This document shows positions 8,802 to 17,611 of a stretch of 62,706 nt of DNA, piece after piece. A program made the position numbers and the translations under genes. The notes below the pieces were generated by a model. That model was given only the letters and a program-made list of their open reading frames with translations. It ran no database searches and was not told the origin of the DNA. Every line of letters begins with the position of its first letter. The stretch's first letter is position 1. Source of the stretch: Candidatus Woesearchaeota archaeon (GTDB lineage Archaea; Nanobdellota; Nanobdellia; SCGC-AAA011-G17; GW2011-AR18); the NCBI GenBank assembly GCA_964497265.1, contig CAZCCK010000005.1:1-62706 (forward strand). The letters run 5' to 3'.

Positions 8802-10442
8802 ATGTTTGGGTATGATGATTCTTTAAAGGAGTATGTTGATCCTGATAAATGTCGAGTTTTCAATTTCAAAGGGGATTATAAACATTTAGAGAAAGGGTAT
8901 CTTGAAGCGTTGCCTTTTTTAGTGAAGGCTTCTTTGATTGCTGATGAATTGTTTTTGATGCAGGATCATCCGCAGAGTGTTGAGGTTAAAAGACAATTAG
9001 GGGCTGATGTTAAGAATGGTGTGAAGAATGCGCAAATTGCTTTGGAAGTGTTTAAGATGTTTAATGGTCCTGAAGGGTTAACGTATGAGAATGAAGTGGT
9101 TCCTTTGTTTAAAGAAGTGAATGCTAGGCCGAAGAGTGGCACGCTAATTACTGAGGGGGTTACTGCTGAAGAGATTGAAGAATATTTGAAGAAGAATCCT
9201 AAAGAAGCTGAAGAGTTTAAAAAAATTAATACGCTCATTGAAAAAAAAGAGGGTAAGTTAATTACAGTTAAATATGAAGAAAGGTATAAAAATCAAGTTA
9301 AAGAAATTGCTTCTTTGCTTGAAAATGCTGCTAAGTTTGTTCCTGATGTTGCTTTTAAAAAATATTTAAGTTCAAGAGCAAAGGCGTTGGTTGATGGGGA
9401 TTACTATCAGAGTGATATTGATTGGATTCGTTCTACGGATTGTCCGCTTGATTTTATTGTTGGTCCTTTGGAGTCGTATGGGGATAGGATTCTTGGGAAG
9501 AAAGCGTTTTATGCTGCTTTGTTGTGTGTGAAAAATGTTGAAGAGTCGCAGAGGGTTGCGGAGTATATGAAGTACTTGCAGGAGCTTGAAGATGATTTGC
9601 CCCAGGTGAAGGAAAGGGCGAAGATGATGAAGAATATTTCTTTGCCTGTTGCTGTTGTTGATGTGCTTTGTAGTACTGGTGATTATCAGGCAAAAAGACC
9701 TGGGTTGACTGTGGGTCAGACGTTGCCGAATGATAAAGAAGTTTTAGATAAGGTGGGAAGAAAGATTTTGATTTACAAGAATGTGCTTGAAGGGTTTACG
9801 CCGAATGAGTTAATTTTGCAAAAGCTGATTGATCCATCGATGCATAAGTACCTGACTTCTCGTGGGAAGGTGAATTTTGTGGTGAGTCATGAGGTGAGTC
9901 ATTCTCTTGGTCCTAAAAAGACGATAAAAAAGGATCAGTCTGGTAATTTTATTGCTATTGATACTGCGCTAGAAAAGTGGGATGCGATTATTGAAGAGTT
10001 AAAATCTGATATTGTTGGGATGTATAATATGCCTTATTTAGTGAAGAAAGGGGTGTACACTGAAGATGAGATGGGTGAGGTGTATGCTGATGGTGTGTTA
10101 AGAAGTTTACCTGTAAATCAGCCTGATATTCATAAAGATGCGCATCGGGTTGGTGACTTGATGAAGCTTAATTATTATATGGCTGGTGGTGCTTTGATTA
10201 TGAAAGAGAAGAAGTTTTTATTTGTGAAAGAGAAGTTTCATGATGTTACAAAACGTTTTGTTGCTGATGTGATTCAAGTGCAGGCTGAAGGGTCGAAAGA
10301 GAAAGCTGAAGCGTTTATTCGTAAGTGGACTAGTTGGAATGCTGATGCTGAGTATACTGCTAAGATGATGAAAGAGTGTAAGACTAAATTATACAAACAA
10401 GTGAATCAGCCTTTAATTGACGAAATTCTAAATATGGATTAG
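8802..10442 (+). CDS. putative zinc metallopeptidase, DPP III (M49)-related
   Basis: HExxH motif in VVSHEVSHSLGP with a downstream EELKSDIVG segment. This resembles the M49-like domain recalled from plant NUDT3-type proteins. The family call is from memory only. Confidence 0.5.
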   Translation: MFGYDDSLKEYVDPDKCRVFNFKGDYKHLEKGYLEALPFLVKASLIADELFLMQDHPQSVEVKRQLGADVKNGVKNAQIALEVFKMFNGPEGLTYENEVVPLFKEVNARPKSGTLITEGVTAEEIEEYLKKNPKEAEEFKKINTLIEKKEGKLITVKYEERYKNQVKEIASLLENAAKFVPDVAFKKYLSSRAKALVDGDYYQSDIDWIRSTDCPLDFIVGPLESYGDRILGKKAFYAALLCVKNVEESQRVAEYMKYLQELEDDLPQVKERAKMMKNISLPVAVVDVLCSTGDYQAKRPGLTVGQTLPNDKEVLDKVGRKILIYKNVLEGFTPNELILQKLIDPSMHKYLTSRGKVNFVVSHEVSHSLGPKKTIKKDQSGNFIAIDTALEKWDAIIEELKSDIVGMYNMPYLVKKGVYTEDEMGEVYADGVLRSLPVNQPDIHKDAHRVGDLMKLNYYMAGGALIMKEKKFLFVKEKFHDVTKRFVADVIQVQAEGSKEKAEAFIRKWTSWNADAEYTAKMMKECKTKLYKQVNQPLIDEILNMD

Positions 10443-10471
10443 TACCTTATTAGTAGTAACAAATAGTAAGA

Positions 10472-10479
10472 TTTAAATA
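10472..10479 (+). promoter_or_regulatory. TATA box (TTTAAATA)
   Basis: Lies 29 nt upstream of ATG 10508, which suggests a leaderless or very short-leader transcript. Confidence 0.4.
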
Positions 10480-10507
10480 GTTGAAATTCTCTATAATACT
10501 GATTAAA

Positions 10508-11056
10508 ATGCTTGAAAATTTATTGAAAAAAGGGACACTAATGGGTGCATTAGCCTTAGCTGCTTGTGACGGAGGAGACTCTTTGTATAAAAGTGAAGAA
10601 CCTCAAGTAATGCAGCAAGATGCTGGATTTATTCAAGATTCACCTTTTAATCAAAATAGTGATGCGGGGGTAGATCCTGCTGCAGCTAATAATTTTTATA
10701 ACAAAGTGTGTAATGAAGAGAATTGTCAAGTAAAAGTTTTTCAATTTTATCGTGGTTCTGGACTTAATGATTCTTTAATCGTTGACTTTGATAATAGTTC
10801 TTACTCTTTTAGACTAGAAGGGTGGCTTTTGATTCGTAATAGCCCTCCAGAAATTATGCTTTCTGTAAATGGAATGAATTTAGGAACCTATCATCCTCAT
10901 CTTAGTAATAAGAGTCTTATTCCCGGAGAGTGTGATTCTTTAGACGGGAAAACAAACGTTTTGTTAATAGGTGCAAATATAAATATGGTTCAAGATAACT
11001 CTTCAACTCCAGAAGATGAATCAGTTAGTGAAATTGAGTATTGTTTATTTAATTAA
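10508..11056 (+). CDS. putative lipoprotein (182 aa)
   Basis: Start moved from TTG 10481 to ATG 10508. Lipobox-like LALAAC after a short hydrophobic stretch. Confidence 0.5.
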   Translation: MLENLLKKGTLMGALALAACDGGDSLYKSEEPQVMQQDAGFIQDSPFNQNSDAGVDPAAANNFYNKVCNEENCQVKVFQFYRGSGLNDSLIVDFDNSSYSFRLEGWLLIRNSPPEIMLSVNGMNLGTYHPHLSNKSLIPGECDSLDGKTNVLLIGANINMVQDNSSTPEDESVSEIEYCLFN

Positions 11057-11058
11057 TT

Positions 11059-11763
11059 TTAAAGTATTCGTATTTTTTTAAGAAGTGGAAGATAAGCTTC
11101 TAAAATTTCATCTTTCTGTTTAGGATTAGCTGTTTTGATTTCTAAGCTTCCATGGGAATAGTAGATAATTGCGTCTTCTATTGGTTCTGGATCGCGCATT
11201 CCATAAAATCCGGGGTTATGGCGAAGTTCAAAGGTAGTTGTGTAGTCTTTGATATTTCCTTTTTTTAAGAAATGTAAAGTTCTATCTGGATTTGTTTGGT
11301 TATTAAAATTGTTTTCAAATGTATATTCGCCTATTTTTGCTTCAAAATCAGCAAGATGTTCAGCTAAAATTTTATCTATGCCTTCATAGAGGTATCTGCT
11401 TTCTGCACTATCTCGATCAAAAACTAAATTTGTATAATTAAATTTAGGGATTCTTTCTCCATCTATGTCTAAGGAGAGAAAGGGGTTGATTTTATCTGCT
11501 TGAGCTTGTTTTGCAATTACAACTAAAGATGTTCTTATAAGGTCTCGTCTTGTTGAAGTGTGGGGTTCGTATTCGCGCTTTAATTCTCCTCGAAGATGTC
11601 TAATTTGCCAATCAAGCGGAGCTGAGTAAATCGGTTGAAAGGTGACACTAGAATTAATTTTAGTAAAATCTAAAGCTTCAAGAAACGTTCGTGCTTGCGC
11701 ATTATCTATTTTTATTTGAAAATCAGGAGCATTTCTTAAATAAGTCTCTTCTATACGCCTCAT
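11059..11763 (-). CDS. hypothetical protein (234 aa)
   Basis: Clean ORF directly downstream of smc on the same strand. It shows no ScpA-like motif (no FEGPLDLL). Confidence 0.5.
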   Translation of the reverse strand: MRRIEETYLRNAPDFQIKIDNAQARTFLEALDFTKINSSVTFQPIYSAPLDWQIRHLRGELKREYEPHTSTRRDLIRTSLVVIAKQAQADKINPFLSLDIDGERIPKFNYTNLVFDRDSAESRYLYEGIDKILAEHLADFEAKIGEYTFENNFNNQTNPDRTLHFLKKGNIKDYTTTFELRHNPGFYGMRDPEPIEDAIIYYSHGSLEIKTANPKQKDEILEAYLPLLKKIRIL

Positions 11764-11822
11764 CCTCTAAGCTAAGATAGAGAACTTATAAAGATTACTT
11801 AATTTAAATGGGTATATTCTAA

Positions 11823-14800
11823 TCAAACTTTTAAACTAACCACTTTAGATACTCCGTCTTGCATGGAAACACCATAGATTGCATCTGCTTCTCCGATCAT
11901 GGCGTCATTATGGGAGATAACAATATATTGTGCTTTTTTTGAGTATTGTTGTACGAGTTTAGATAAAGTTTCTGAGTTTCTTTTGTCTAGTGCAGCGTCT
12001 ACTTCGTCCATGATATAGAATGGTGAAGGTGCGTATTCTTGGATTGCAAAGATAAACGATAAGGCCGCTAGGGTTTTCTCTCCTCCTGATAAGCTTTTGA
12101 CATCAAGAGATTTTGTTCCTGTTAATCGAATTTGAATGTCCATTCCTCCTTCGAACGGATTTTCCGGATTTTCTAGTTCTACATGGGCTTCTCCTTTTGT
12201 AGTTAGGGAGGAGAAGATTGTTTTGAAGTTTTCAATGATCACGTCATAGGTTTTCATGAAGATGTCTTTTTTCTTTTCTTCGATTTCATGCATCATTTTT
12301 AAAACGTCTTCTTTTTCGGATTTTAGTTTGTTTGTTTTTTCTACAAGTTTTGAGTGTTCTATTTCGATTTGTTCGTAAACGTCCAAGGCGCGTAAGTTAA
12401 CATTTCCAATTGAATTTAATTCTTTTTCAGTATCGTGAATTCTTAGTTTAAGTTGTTCAATAGAAAAGCCTCTTTTTATCGTAGCACCGCTGTATTGTTC
12501 GAATTCTTTTTGTAAACTTTCGAGTTCTGCGATTGCTTTTGCTCGATCGATGGAGATGTTATTTTGTTTTTGTTCAATTGCTTTTACTTTTTCTTCTTCA
12601 CGTACAATGTTTGCTTGTTTTCCTTGGATTTTTTCAGAGAGCTTATTGCGACCATTCACTAAGTCTTTAAGGTTAGTATGGAATTTACTTTCTTCATTTT
12701 CTTTTCCTTTAAGCTCTTGTTGTCTTTTTTTGATCATATCTTGTAAGGTAGCAAGTTCTTGATTGAATTTTTCTTCTTCTGTATCGTGTTGTTTGATGAT
12801 TTTTGAAGTTTTTTCTGTTTCGGGTAAGAGTAAGCTTTCGATTTGCATGTCAATGTTTTTTACATTTGCATTGAGTTCTGCTAGTTTTTCTTTTAAAGTG
12901 AGTTTTTGGCTTTCAAGTTCTTCTAGGTTCTTACCTAGTTCTGGGTTTGAAAGTTTTTCTTGAAGTTTTGTTTTCTTAGCTTTAATGAGTTCAGAATTTT
13001 TGTTAATCTGTTTTTCTTCGTTTTCTATGTCTAAGAAGTCTTTTTCTACTGAAGAAAATTGTTCGCTTAATTTCTTTTTATCTTCGAGTAAAGAGTTAAT
13101 GTCTATTCCTTCGATACTAAGAGATTTTTCGAGTTTTATAATATCTCCCTCAAGGTTTGCTTTTTCTTCTCGAAGTTTACTAATGGTAAGTTCGTTTTCT
13201 ACTCTTTTTTCTTGTAAGTGGTCAATGAATTTTTGGATTTTTGCTTGTTCTGCTTGATTTTTCTCTATGTTCTCATCAAGATTTGTTTCGTTAAAGCTAA
13301 AGGTTCTTTTTGCTCCTCGAAATCCTCCGATCATTGCGCCAGAGGGTTCAAGTAGATCTCCTTCGAGGGTAACCATTCTTGCTCTTCCGACGCCTATTCT
13401 TCGTGCAGCTTCTAAAGTATCAATAATAACTGTGGAGCCAAAGACGTAAGAAAAGACGCTTTTGTATTCTGGATCATATTTAATTAAGTCTGTGGCTAGT
13501 CCGTGGGAAGATTTGTCTGTTAAAACTTTTTTTACTTCATCTTCAACAATTCTTGTTTTGAGTTTGTTTAAAGGTAAAAACGTGGCGATTCCTAGTTTGT
13601 TTTCTTTTAAATAAGAGATACATCGTTGTGCTGTTGCGTCTGAATCTACAATAACACTTTGAACGCGCGGTCCTGCCGCGACTTCTAAGGCTAAAGCGTA
13701 TTGGCCATCTACCTTTCCAAGTTGAGAGACTGTTCCGTGGATTCCTTTTAAAGTGGATTTTTGTTCGAGTATTCTTTTTACTGCTAAGTCCGCGTTTGAT
13801 CGTTCCATGAAGGTGATTTGGCGGGCGTGTAGTTTAGTCAATTCTTCTGTGACATCTCCGTGTTTCTGTCTCGCTTGGGCTAATTGAGCGGCGTAAGAGC
13901 TATCTTCATTTAAAGACTTGCTTAACTTAAACATAATATCTTTGAAATTATTTTTTTTATTTTTCAGATCTTCAAACTCTTTGGATTTGTTAATGCCTTT
14001 GATGCCGTTTATTTTTTCTTCAAGTGCGTTAATTTTAAAATCCAGCTCTGTTTTTGTTTTAATCAGATCTTGTTTTGTTTGCTGGAGTTCGTGAAAGCGT
14101 CCTCTATCTTTTTCAAGAGTTTTTTCTAGTTCTTCTAATTCTAGACTTAAGTTAGATTCGATTCCATGTTTTTCTTTGAATTGATTTATTTTTGTTTGCA
14201 ATGAAGTTTCTTCTTGTAAAATTCCTTTAAGTGTTGACTCTAATTCTTTTTTATTATTTCGAAGTTGTTTTATTTTTTCCTCGAGTTCCTGAATGTTAAT
14301 GGCTAGTTGTTGTTTTCTTTGTTTTATTTTAGTTATTTCTGAAGAGCAGACTTCTGTTCTAGAACCGGCCCGGATAAGTTCTTCTTTTAAAGAGTCTATT
14401 TCTTTTCTTAAAATGAGTTGTTCTTTTTCTCCTTTTTCTTCAATTTCGGAGTTTATTCTTTTGATTTCTTCTTGTAGCTGGGTAATGGCATCTTTGAATT
14501 CTTGAATGTCTTCCTGTACTTTAGAAATTTTTTCTTCGCAGTCTTTTTTCTTTGCTTCTATTTCATTGACCAGTTCTTCTTTATTTTTGATAAGTAAATG
14601 AGTATAGGTTGCTTTTTCGTCTTTAATATTTTCTTGGAGTTCTTTGTAGCGCAAAGCGTGATCTCTTTCTTTTTTGAGTTCCCGTAGGTTGGTTTCTCTT
14701 TCTTTTAAGATGATTTCTGCTTCGTTAAGTTGGCCGTCTACTTTTCCAAGTTCGCTTAAGCATTTTTGTTTTTTCTCTTCAAATCCTGAGATGCCTGCGA

Positions 14801-16916
14801 TTTCTTCAATGATCATTCTTCGTTCTACAGGTTTCATTTCCATAAATCCGATGATATCTCCCTGCAAGACGATATTATGTCCGTCTGGATCTACTTTGTC
14901 TAAGCGTAAAACGTCGAGAACTTGCTGGCGTGTCATTGTTTCGTTATTTAGCTTGTAAACGCTTGTTCCGTTTTGTCTAACGACTCTTGTGACTGCCAGT
15001 TCTTTATCTTTGACTGGAAATTTTCCTTCAGAATTATCAAAAACAATGGTGACTTCTGCTTCTTTGGAGGGATTTTTCTTTTTTCCGCCGTTATAGATAA
15101 GGCTTGCTGAGCGTTCTGCTCTCATTTCTTTTGCTGAGCTTTTGCCTAAGACAAAACAGAGGGAATCTACGACGTTGCTATTGTGTGCGATGATACCGTT
15201 CGCGATGAAGTTATGGTCGTTTTCAACGGTTAAGTCATAGACCCATTTGTGTTCTGGCTCAAATCTTTCGATATAAGTAATTTCATCCCAATAAACGTCT
15301 GATTCTGCAAGAGTTTGTAATTGGAGGAGGCTTTGAGAGGTATGATCGCTTTGTAAAAATAGGTTTTCAATAAGGTGATTAACGCCATAGCGTGAGGGGG
15401 TGCAAGTATTGTAACAATAAGCGTCTAGTCTTGGGAATTCTTTTTTTGTTTTTTTAACATTAATTTTTAATTCTTTTGTTACAGTTTTAATTAAATGGTT
15501 AACTTCAAGAAGATCGAGGTTGGGGTTTGATTTTGCAGAAAGTAATTTTTCTAATTTTCGTTGTTTTTCAGGATGGGTAAATGTTATTTTTTTTGCAAAA
15601 ATTTTAAAGTTTTCAACGCCGTAGATGCGAATGGTTTTGTAAAATCCGCTAAAACCGGAATTTGTAGCCATTTTTATTTCAAATTTGGATTGGGTAAAGA
15701 TGTTTAGTCTTCTGAAGATGGTCTCTATTGCTTCTGCGAGTCTGTGGCTTTTGGTTGTTATTTCAATGCTGTGGTCTGAAACGTATCCGTCTCCTGAGTA
15801 GAGTCCGTTTAGGAAAGAGGTAAGTTCTTCTTCGTTCGAGTGAGAAAGATAAAGGTTGGTAAGTATTTTATCTTTGGTGGTTCCAATAGGCATTCCGAGT
15901 TTAGTGAGGAATGTTCGAATGAAGGTAGAATAAGCAAGTACATCGCAGGCGTTTGGTTTGTATTCATTAACAGTAGCGTTTATTCCAAAGAGTTCATCAA
16001 TGATTGTTTTATATTCTTCAATAATCTCGACAGTTCCGTTTGTGAACCAGATTTGGTCTGAGGTTGTTGGAAGTCTTCCTTCTGCTAAGAGGTATCCTAA
16101 GAGTTTTGAGAGTGCTGGAGAGTTTTTCCAGGGTATTTTGTAGAGAATATCAGCGCTTTTTGATTTAGTGAATGGGATGAGTTGAGTAATTTGGTGATCA
16201 TTTAATCCTGAAGCTCGAAGAATTTTAACAAGGTAAGAGAAGTTTATTGACTGTTTACTTATGATTCCGGGAAAGGTGTTTTGAGGGATGTTTAATTCTT
16301 GAGCTAATGTTTTCCATTCTTTTTTTCCTTTGAGTTTATAAATTATTTCTTTAAATTTTTCCGAGTAAGGGACGTAGATGTTTTCTTCTGGTTTGATTAA
16401 GTCAAGGAGTTCGTAAAAATAAGTTGTTTTGATTTCTGGTTGTATTTGTCTTGGGATAGCAATTTTTACTCCTTCTTTAAGTTCTTCTGCTTTGATGCTT
16501 CGTATTTTTCCGTCTTCTAGAATAAAGAGTGGATGGTATTCTGTTGCCGCGATGTGTTTGCCGCTTCTGGTTGTGATACTAAGGAGTTTTTCTGGTGCTT
16601 GTCTTTTGATAAGTGCTTGTACTTTGCGCGGTACGATTTTTAGGGTGTTTAAATCCAGGGAGAGAACTTCTAGGTTTTGAGGAAAACTCATAGCACCATC
16701 ATCTAAAGCAATTGATTTTTCTTTTAGTCCTTCATTAACAAGTTCGCCTATTTTAACTAAAGAACCGTCTTTGAGCTGAACGAGGCTATGGTAGTCTATG
16801 CATTTGCCGCTGCCATTTGGTCCCAGGATGCAGTTAAATCCATTACCAAAAACGAGGTCTGTTTTGTTTGCGAAGGATTTGAATCCTTTGACATGCATCC
16901 TCTTTATAACTGTCAT
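11823..16916 (-). CDS. smc: SMC chromosome segregation ATPase, interrupted by an intein
   Basis: N-terminal head FKSF...GPNGSGK. Long Glu/Lys coiled coils. Hinge GIHGTVSQLGKVDGQYALALEVAAG...VVDSDATAQRCISYLKENKLGIATFLPLNKL. Signature SLSGGEKTLAALSFIFA and Walker B PFYIMDEVDAALD. It is 1697 aa with the intein and 1156 aa without it. Confidence 0.95.
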   Translation of the reverse strand: MTVIKRMHVKGFKSFANKTDLVFGNGFNCILGPNGSGKCIDYHSLVQLKDGSLVKIGELVNEGLKEKSIALDDGAMSFPQNLEVLSLDLNTLKIVPRKVQALIKRQAPEKLLSITTRSGKHIAATEYHPLFILEDGKIRSIKAEELKEGVKIAIPRQIQPEIKTTYFYELLDLIKPEENIYVPYSEKFKEIIYKLKGKKEWKTLAQELNIPQNTFPGIISKQSINFSYLVKILRASGLNDHQITQLIPFTKSKSADILYKIPWKNSPALSKLLGYLLAEGRLPTTSDQIWFTNGTVEIIEEYKTIIDELFGINATVNEYKPNACDVLAYSTFIRTFLTKLGMPIGTTKDKILTNLYLSHSNEEELTSFLNGLYSGDGYVSDHSIEITTKSHRLAEAIETIFRRLNIFTQSKFEIKMATNSGFSGFYKTIRIYGVENFKIFAKKITFTHPEKQRKLEKLLSAKSNPNLDLLEVNHLIKTVTKELKINVKKTKKEFPRLDAYCYNTCTPSRYGVNHLIENLFLQSDHTSQSLLQLQTLAESDVYWDEITYIERFEPEHKWVYDLTVENDHNFIANGIIAHNSNVVDSLCFVLGKSSAKEMRAERSASLIYNGGKKKNPSKEAEVTIVFDNSEGKFPVKDKELAVTRVVRQNGTSVYKLNNETMTRQQVLDVLRLDKVDPDGHNIVLQGDIIGFMEMKPVERRMIIEEIAGISGFEEKKQKCLSELGKVDGQLNEAEIILKERETNLRELKKERDHALRYKELQENIKDEKATYTHLLIKNKEELVNEIEAKKKDCEEKISKVQEDIQEFKDAITQLQEEIKRINSEIEEKGEKEQLILRKEIDSLKEELIRAGSRTEVCSSEITKIKQRKQQLAINIQELEEKIKQLRNNKKELESTLKGILQEETSLQTKINQFKEKHGIESNLSLELEELEKTLEKDRGRFHELQQTKQDLIKTKTELDFKINALEEKINGIKGINKSKEFEDLKNKKNNFKDIMFKLSKSLNEDSSYAAQLAQARQKHGDVTEELTKLHARQITFMERSNADLAVKRILEQKSTLKGIHGTVSQLGKVDGQYALALEVAAGPRVQSVIVDSDATAQRCISYLKENKLGIATFLPLNKLKTRIVEDEVKKVLTDKSSHGLATDLIKYDPEYKSVFSYVFGSTVIIDTLEAARRIGVGRARMVTLEGDLLEPSGAMIGGFRGAKRTFSFNETNLDENIEKNQAEQAKIQKFIDHLQEKRVENELTISKLREEKANLEGDIIKLEKSLSIEGIDINSLLEDKKKLSEQFSSVEKDFLDIENEEKQINKNSELIKAKKTKLQEKLSNPELGKNLEELESQKLTLKEKLAELNANVKNIDMQIESLLLPETEKTSKIIKQHDTEEEKFNQELATLQDMIKKRQQELKGKENEESKFHTNLKDLVNGRNKLSEKIQGKQANIVREEEKVKAIEQKQNNISIDRAKAIAELESLQKEFEQYSGATIKRGFSIEQLKLRIHDTEKELNSIGNVNLRALDVYEQIEIEHSKLVEKTNKLKSEKEDVLKMMHEIEEKKKDIFMKTYDVIIENFKTIFSSLTTKGEAHVELENPENPFEGGMDIQIRLTGTKSLDVKSLSGGEKTLAALSFIFAIQEYAPSPFYIMDEVDAALDKRNSETLSKLVQQYSKKAQYIVISHNDAMIGEADAIYGVSMQDGVSKVVSLKV
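15180..16802 (-). mobile_element. intein (541 aa) with LAGLIDADG homing endonuclease, inserted in the SMC Walker A
   Basis: Cys1 (TGC at 16800-16802) lies directly after GPNGSGK. Block B TEYH. LAGLIDADG motifs LLGYLLAEGRL and FLNGLYSGDGYV. The C-terminus is VYDLTVENDHNFIANGIIAHN (AAT at 15180-15182), followed by the +1 Ser of SNVVDSLCFVLG. Confidence 0.9.
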
Positions 16917-16965
16917 TTCTGGGTGTGTTTAAAGTGAGCTTCTTTATAAATGTTTTCGACAAAAG

Positions 16966-16973
16966 GTTTATAT
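16966..16973 (+). promoter_or_regulatory. TATA box (GTTTATAT)
   Basis: Lies 24 nt upstream of ATG 16997 and is preceded by AAAAGG. Confidence 0.35.
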
Positions 16974-16996
16974 CTGGATTTTACATAACTTCTAAG

Positions 16997-17392
16997 ATGG
17001 TTAAAGGAGAGTGGGACGTTCCAGAACTCAAGGAGCTAAAGGAGTTAGAGGGTCAGATTCGTTCTTTAAAAAAGAATCCTAGTTCTTGGGAGTTGAAAGT
17101 AAAGCCTATTGTTGTGAAAAAGACGCGTGTGGATGCGCGTTTGTTTAAGAATCCTCTTTTGATGATTCCAAAGGCGAAGCGTGCTAAGATGCATCCTTTT
17201 TTGGAGGGTGTGGACAAGCTTGAGGTGATGATTGGGCAGAAGGATTATGTATCTGCGATTGAGCTTTATTTGAAGTTAAATCGCAAGCTTCAGCAGGAAA
17301 ATACACTGTCTTTTTCTGAAAGGGCGCAAATGCTGGAAAGGCTTTTAAAGGCTTATAGGCGCATTAGGATGGCTTTTTACAAAGACAACTAG
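16997..17392 (+). CDS. hypothetical protein (131 aa)
   Basis: Start moved from GTG 16925 to ATG 16997 on the basis of TATA spacing. Helical and basic. No motif recognised. Confidence 0.45.
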   Translation: MVKGEWDVPELKELKELEGQIRSLKKNPSSWELKVKPIVVKKTRVDARLFKNPLLMIPKAKRAKMHPFLEGVDKLEVMIGQKDYVSAIELYLKLNRKLQQENTLSFSERAQMLERLLKAYRRIRMAFYKDN

Positions 17393-17428
17393 TTTTGTTA
17401 CTATTGGGGAGTGGGACTCCACAGAAAA

Positions 17429-17438
17429 GTTTAAATAG
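17429..17438 (+). promoter_or_regulatory. TATA box (GTTTAAATAG) with A-rich BRE-like element
   Basis: AGAAAAGTTTAAATAG inside a 219-nt ORF-free gap. The predicted start site near 17460 lies just before the 17472-17507 hairpin. Confidence 0.4.
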
Positions 17439-17471
17439 GAGTAAGAATTACTACTTCTATCACCTCTTTTT

Positions 17472-17507
17472 CCCAGGGAGAGGATTCTTCGGAATCTTCT
17501 TCTTGGG
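17472..17507 (+). ncRNA. candidate small structured RNA: 16-bp hairpin capped by a cUUCGg tetraloop
   Basis: CCCAGGGAGAGGATTC-TTCG-GAATCTTCTTCTTGGG pairs 17472-17487 with 17492-17507 without gaps. The three G-U wobbles (17476/17503, 17478/17501, 17482/17497) become C-A mismatches on the other strand. A T-rich tract follows. The ends of the RNA are unknown. Confidence 0.35.
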
Positions 17508-17611
17508 TTTATAGTTCTTTAATTTAAGGGGTTTAGGCCACTAGTATTCTTTTAAGGAAAGAAGTTTTTATTTCAAGAAAAATAGATAAACTTCCTTTTT
17601 ATTAAAAAGAG

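Noticed and set aside
9454-9693. 79-aa minus-strand ORF with a poly-Gln run.
   Set aside because: It is antisense to the HExxH peptidase gene and is a low-complexity artefact.
11059-11763. The ORF immediately downstream of smc considered as the kleisin ScpA.
   Set aside because: The size fits, but the N-terminus lacks the ScpA signature (F.GPLDLLL.LI) and nothing resembles a winged-helix C-terminus by eye. It is left as hypothetical pending an HMM search.
12550-16680. About a dozen 60-94 aa ORFs on the + strand inside smc (for example 12550-12762, 12985-13257, 14674-14958, 16429-16680).
   Set aside because: They are the reverse complement of Lys/Glu-rich coiled-coil and intein codons, which gives Ser/Phe/Leu-rich low-complexity translations. 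They lie fully inside a very well supported gene and have no promoter or SD signals.
17461-17466. CACCTC just upstream of the 17472 hairpin resembles the anti-SD end of 16S rRNA.
   Set aside because: A six-nucleotide match has no surrounding rRNA-like sequence and is treated as coincidence.
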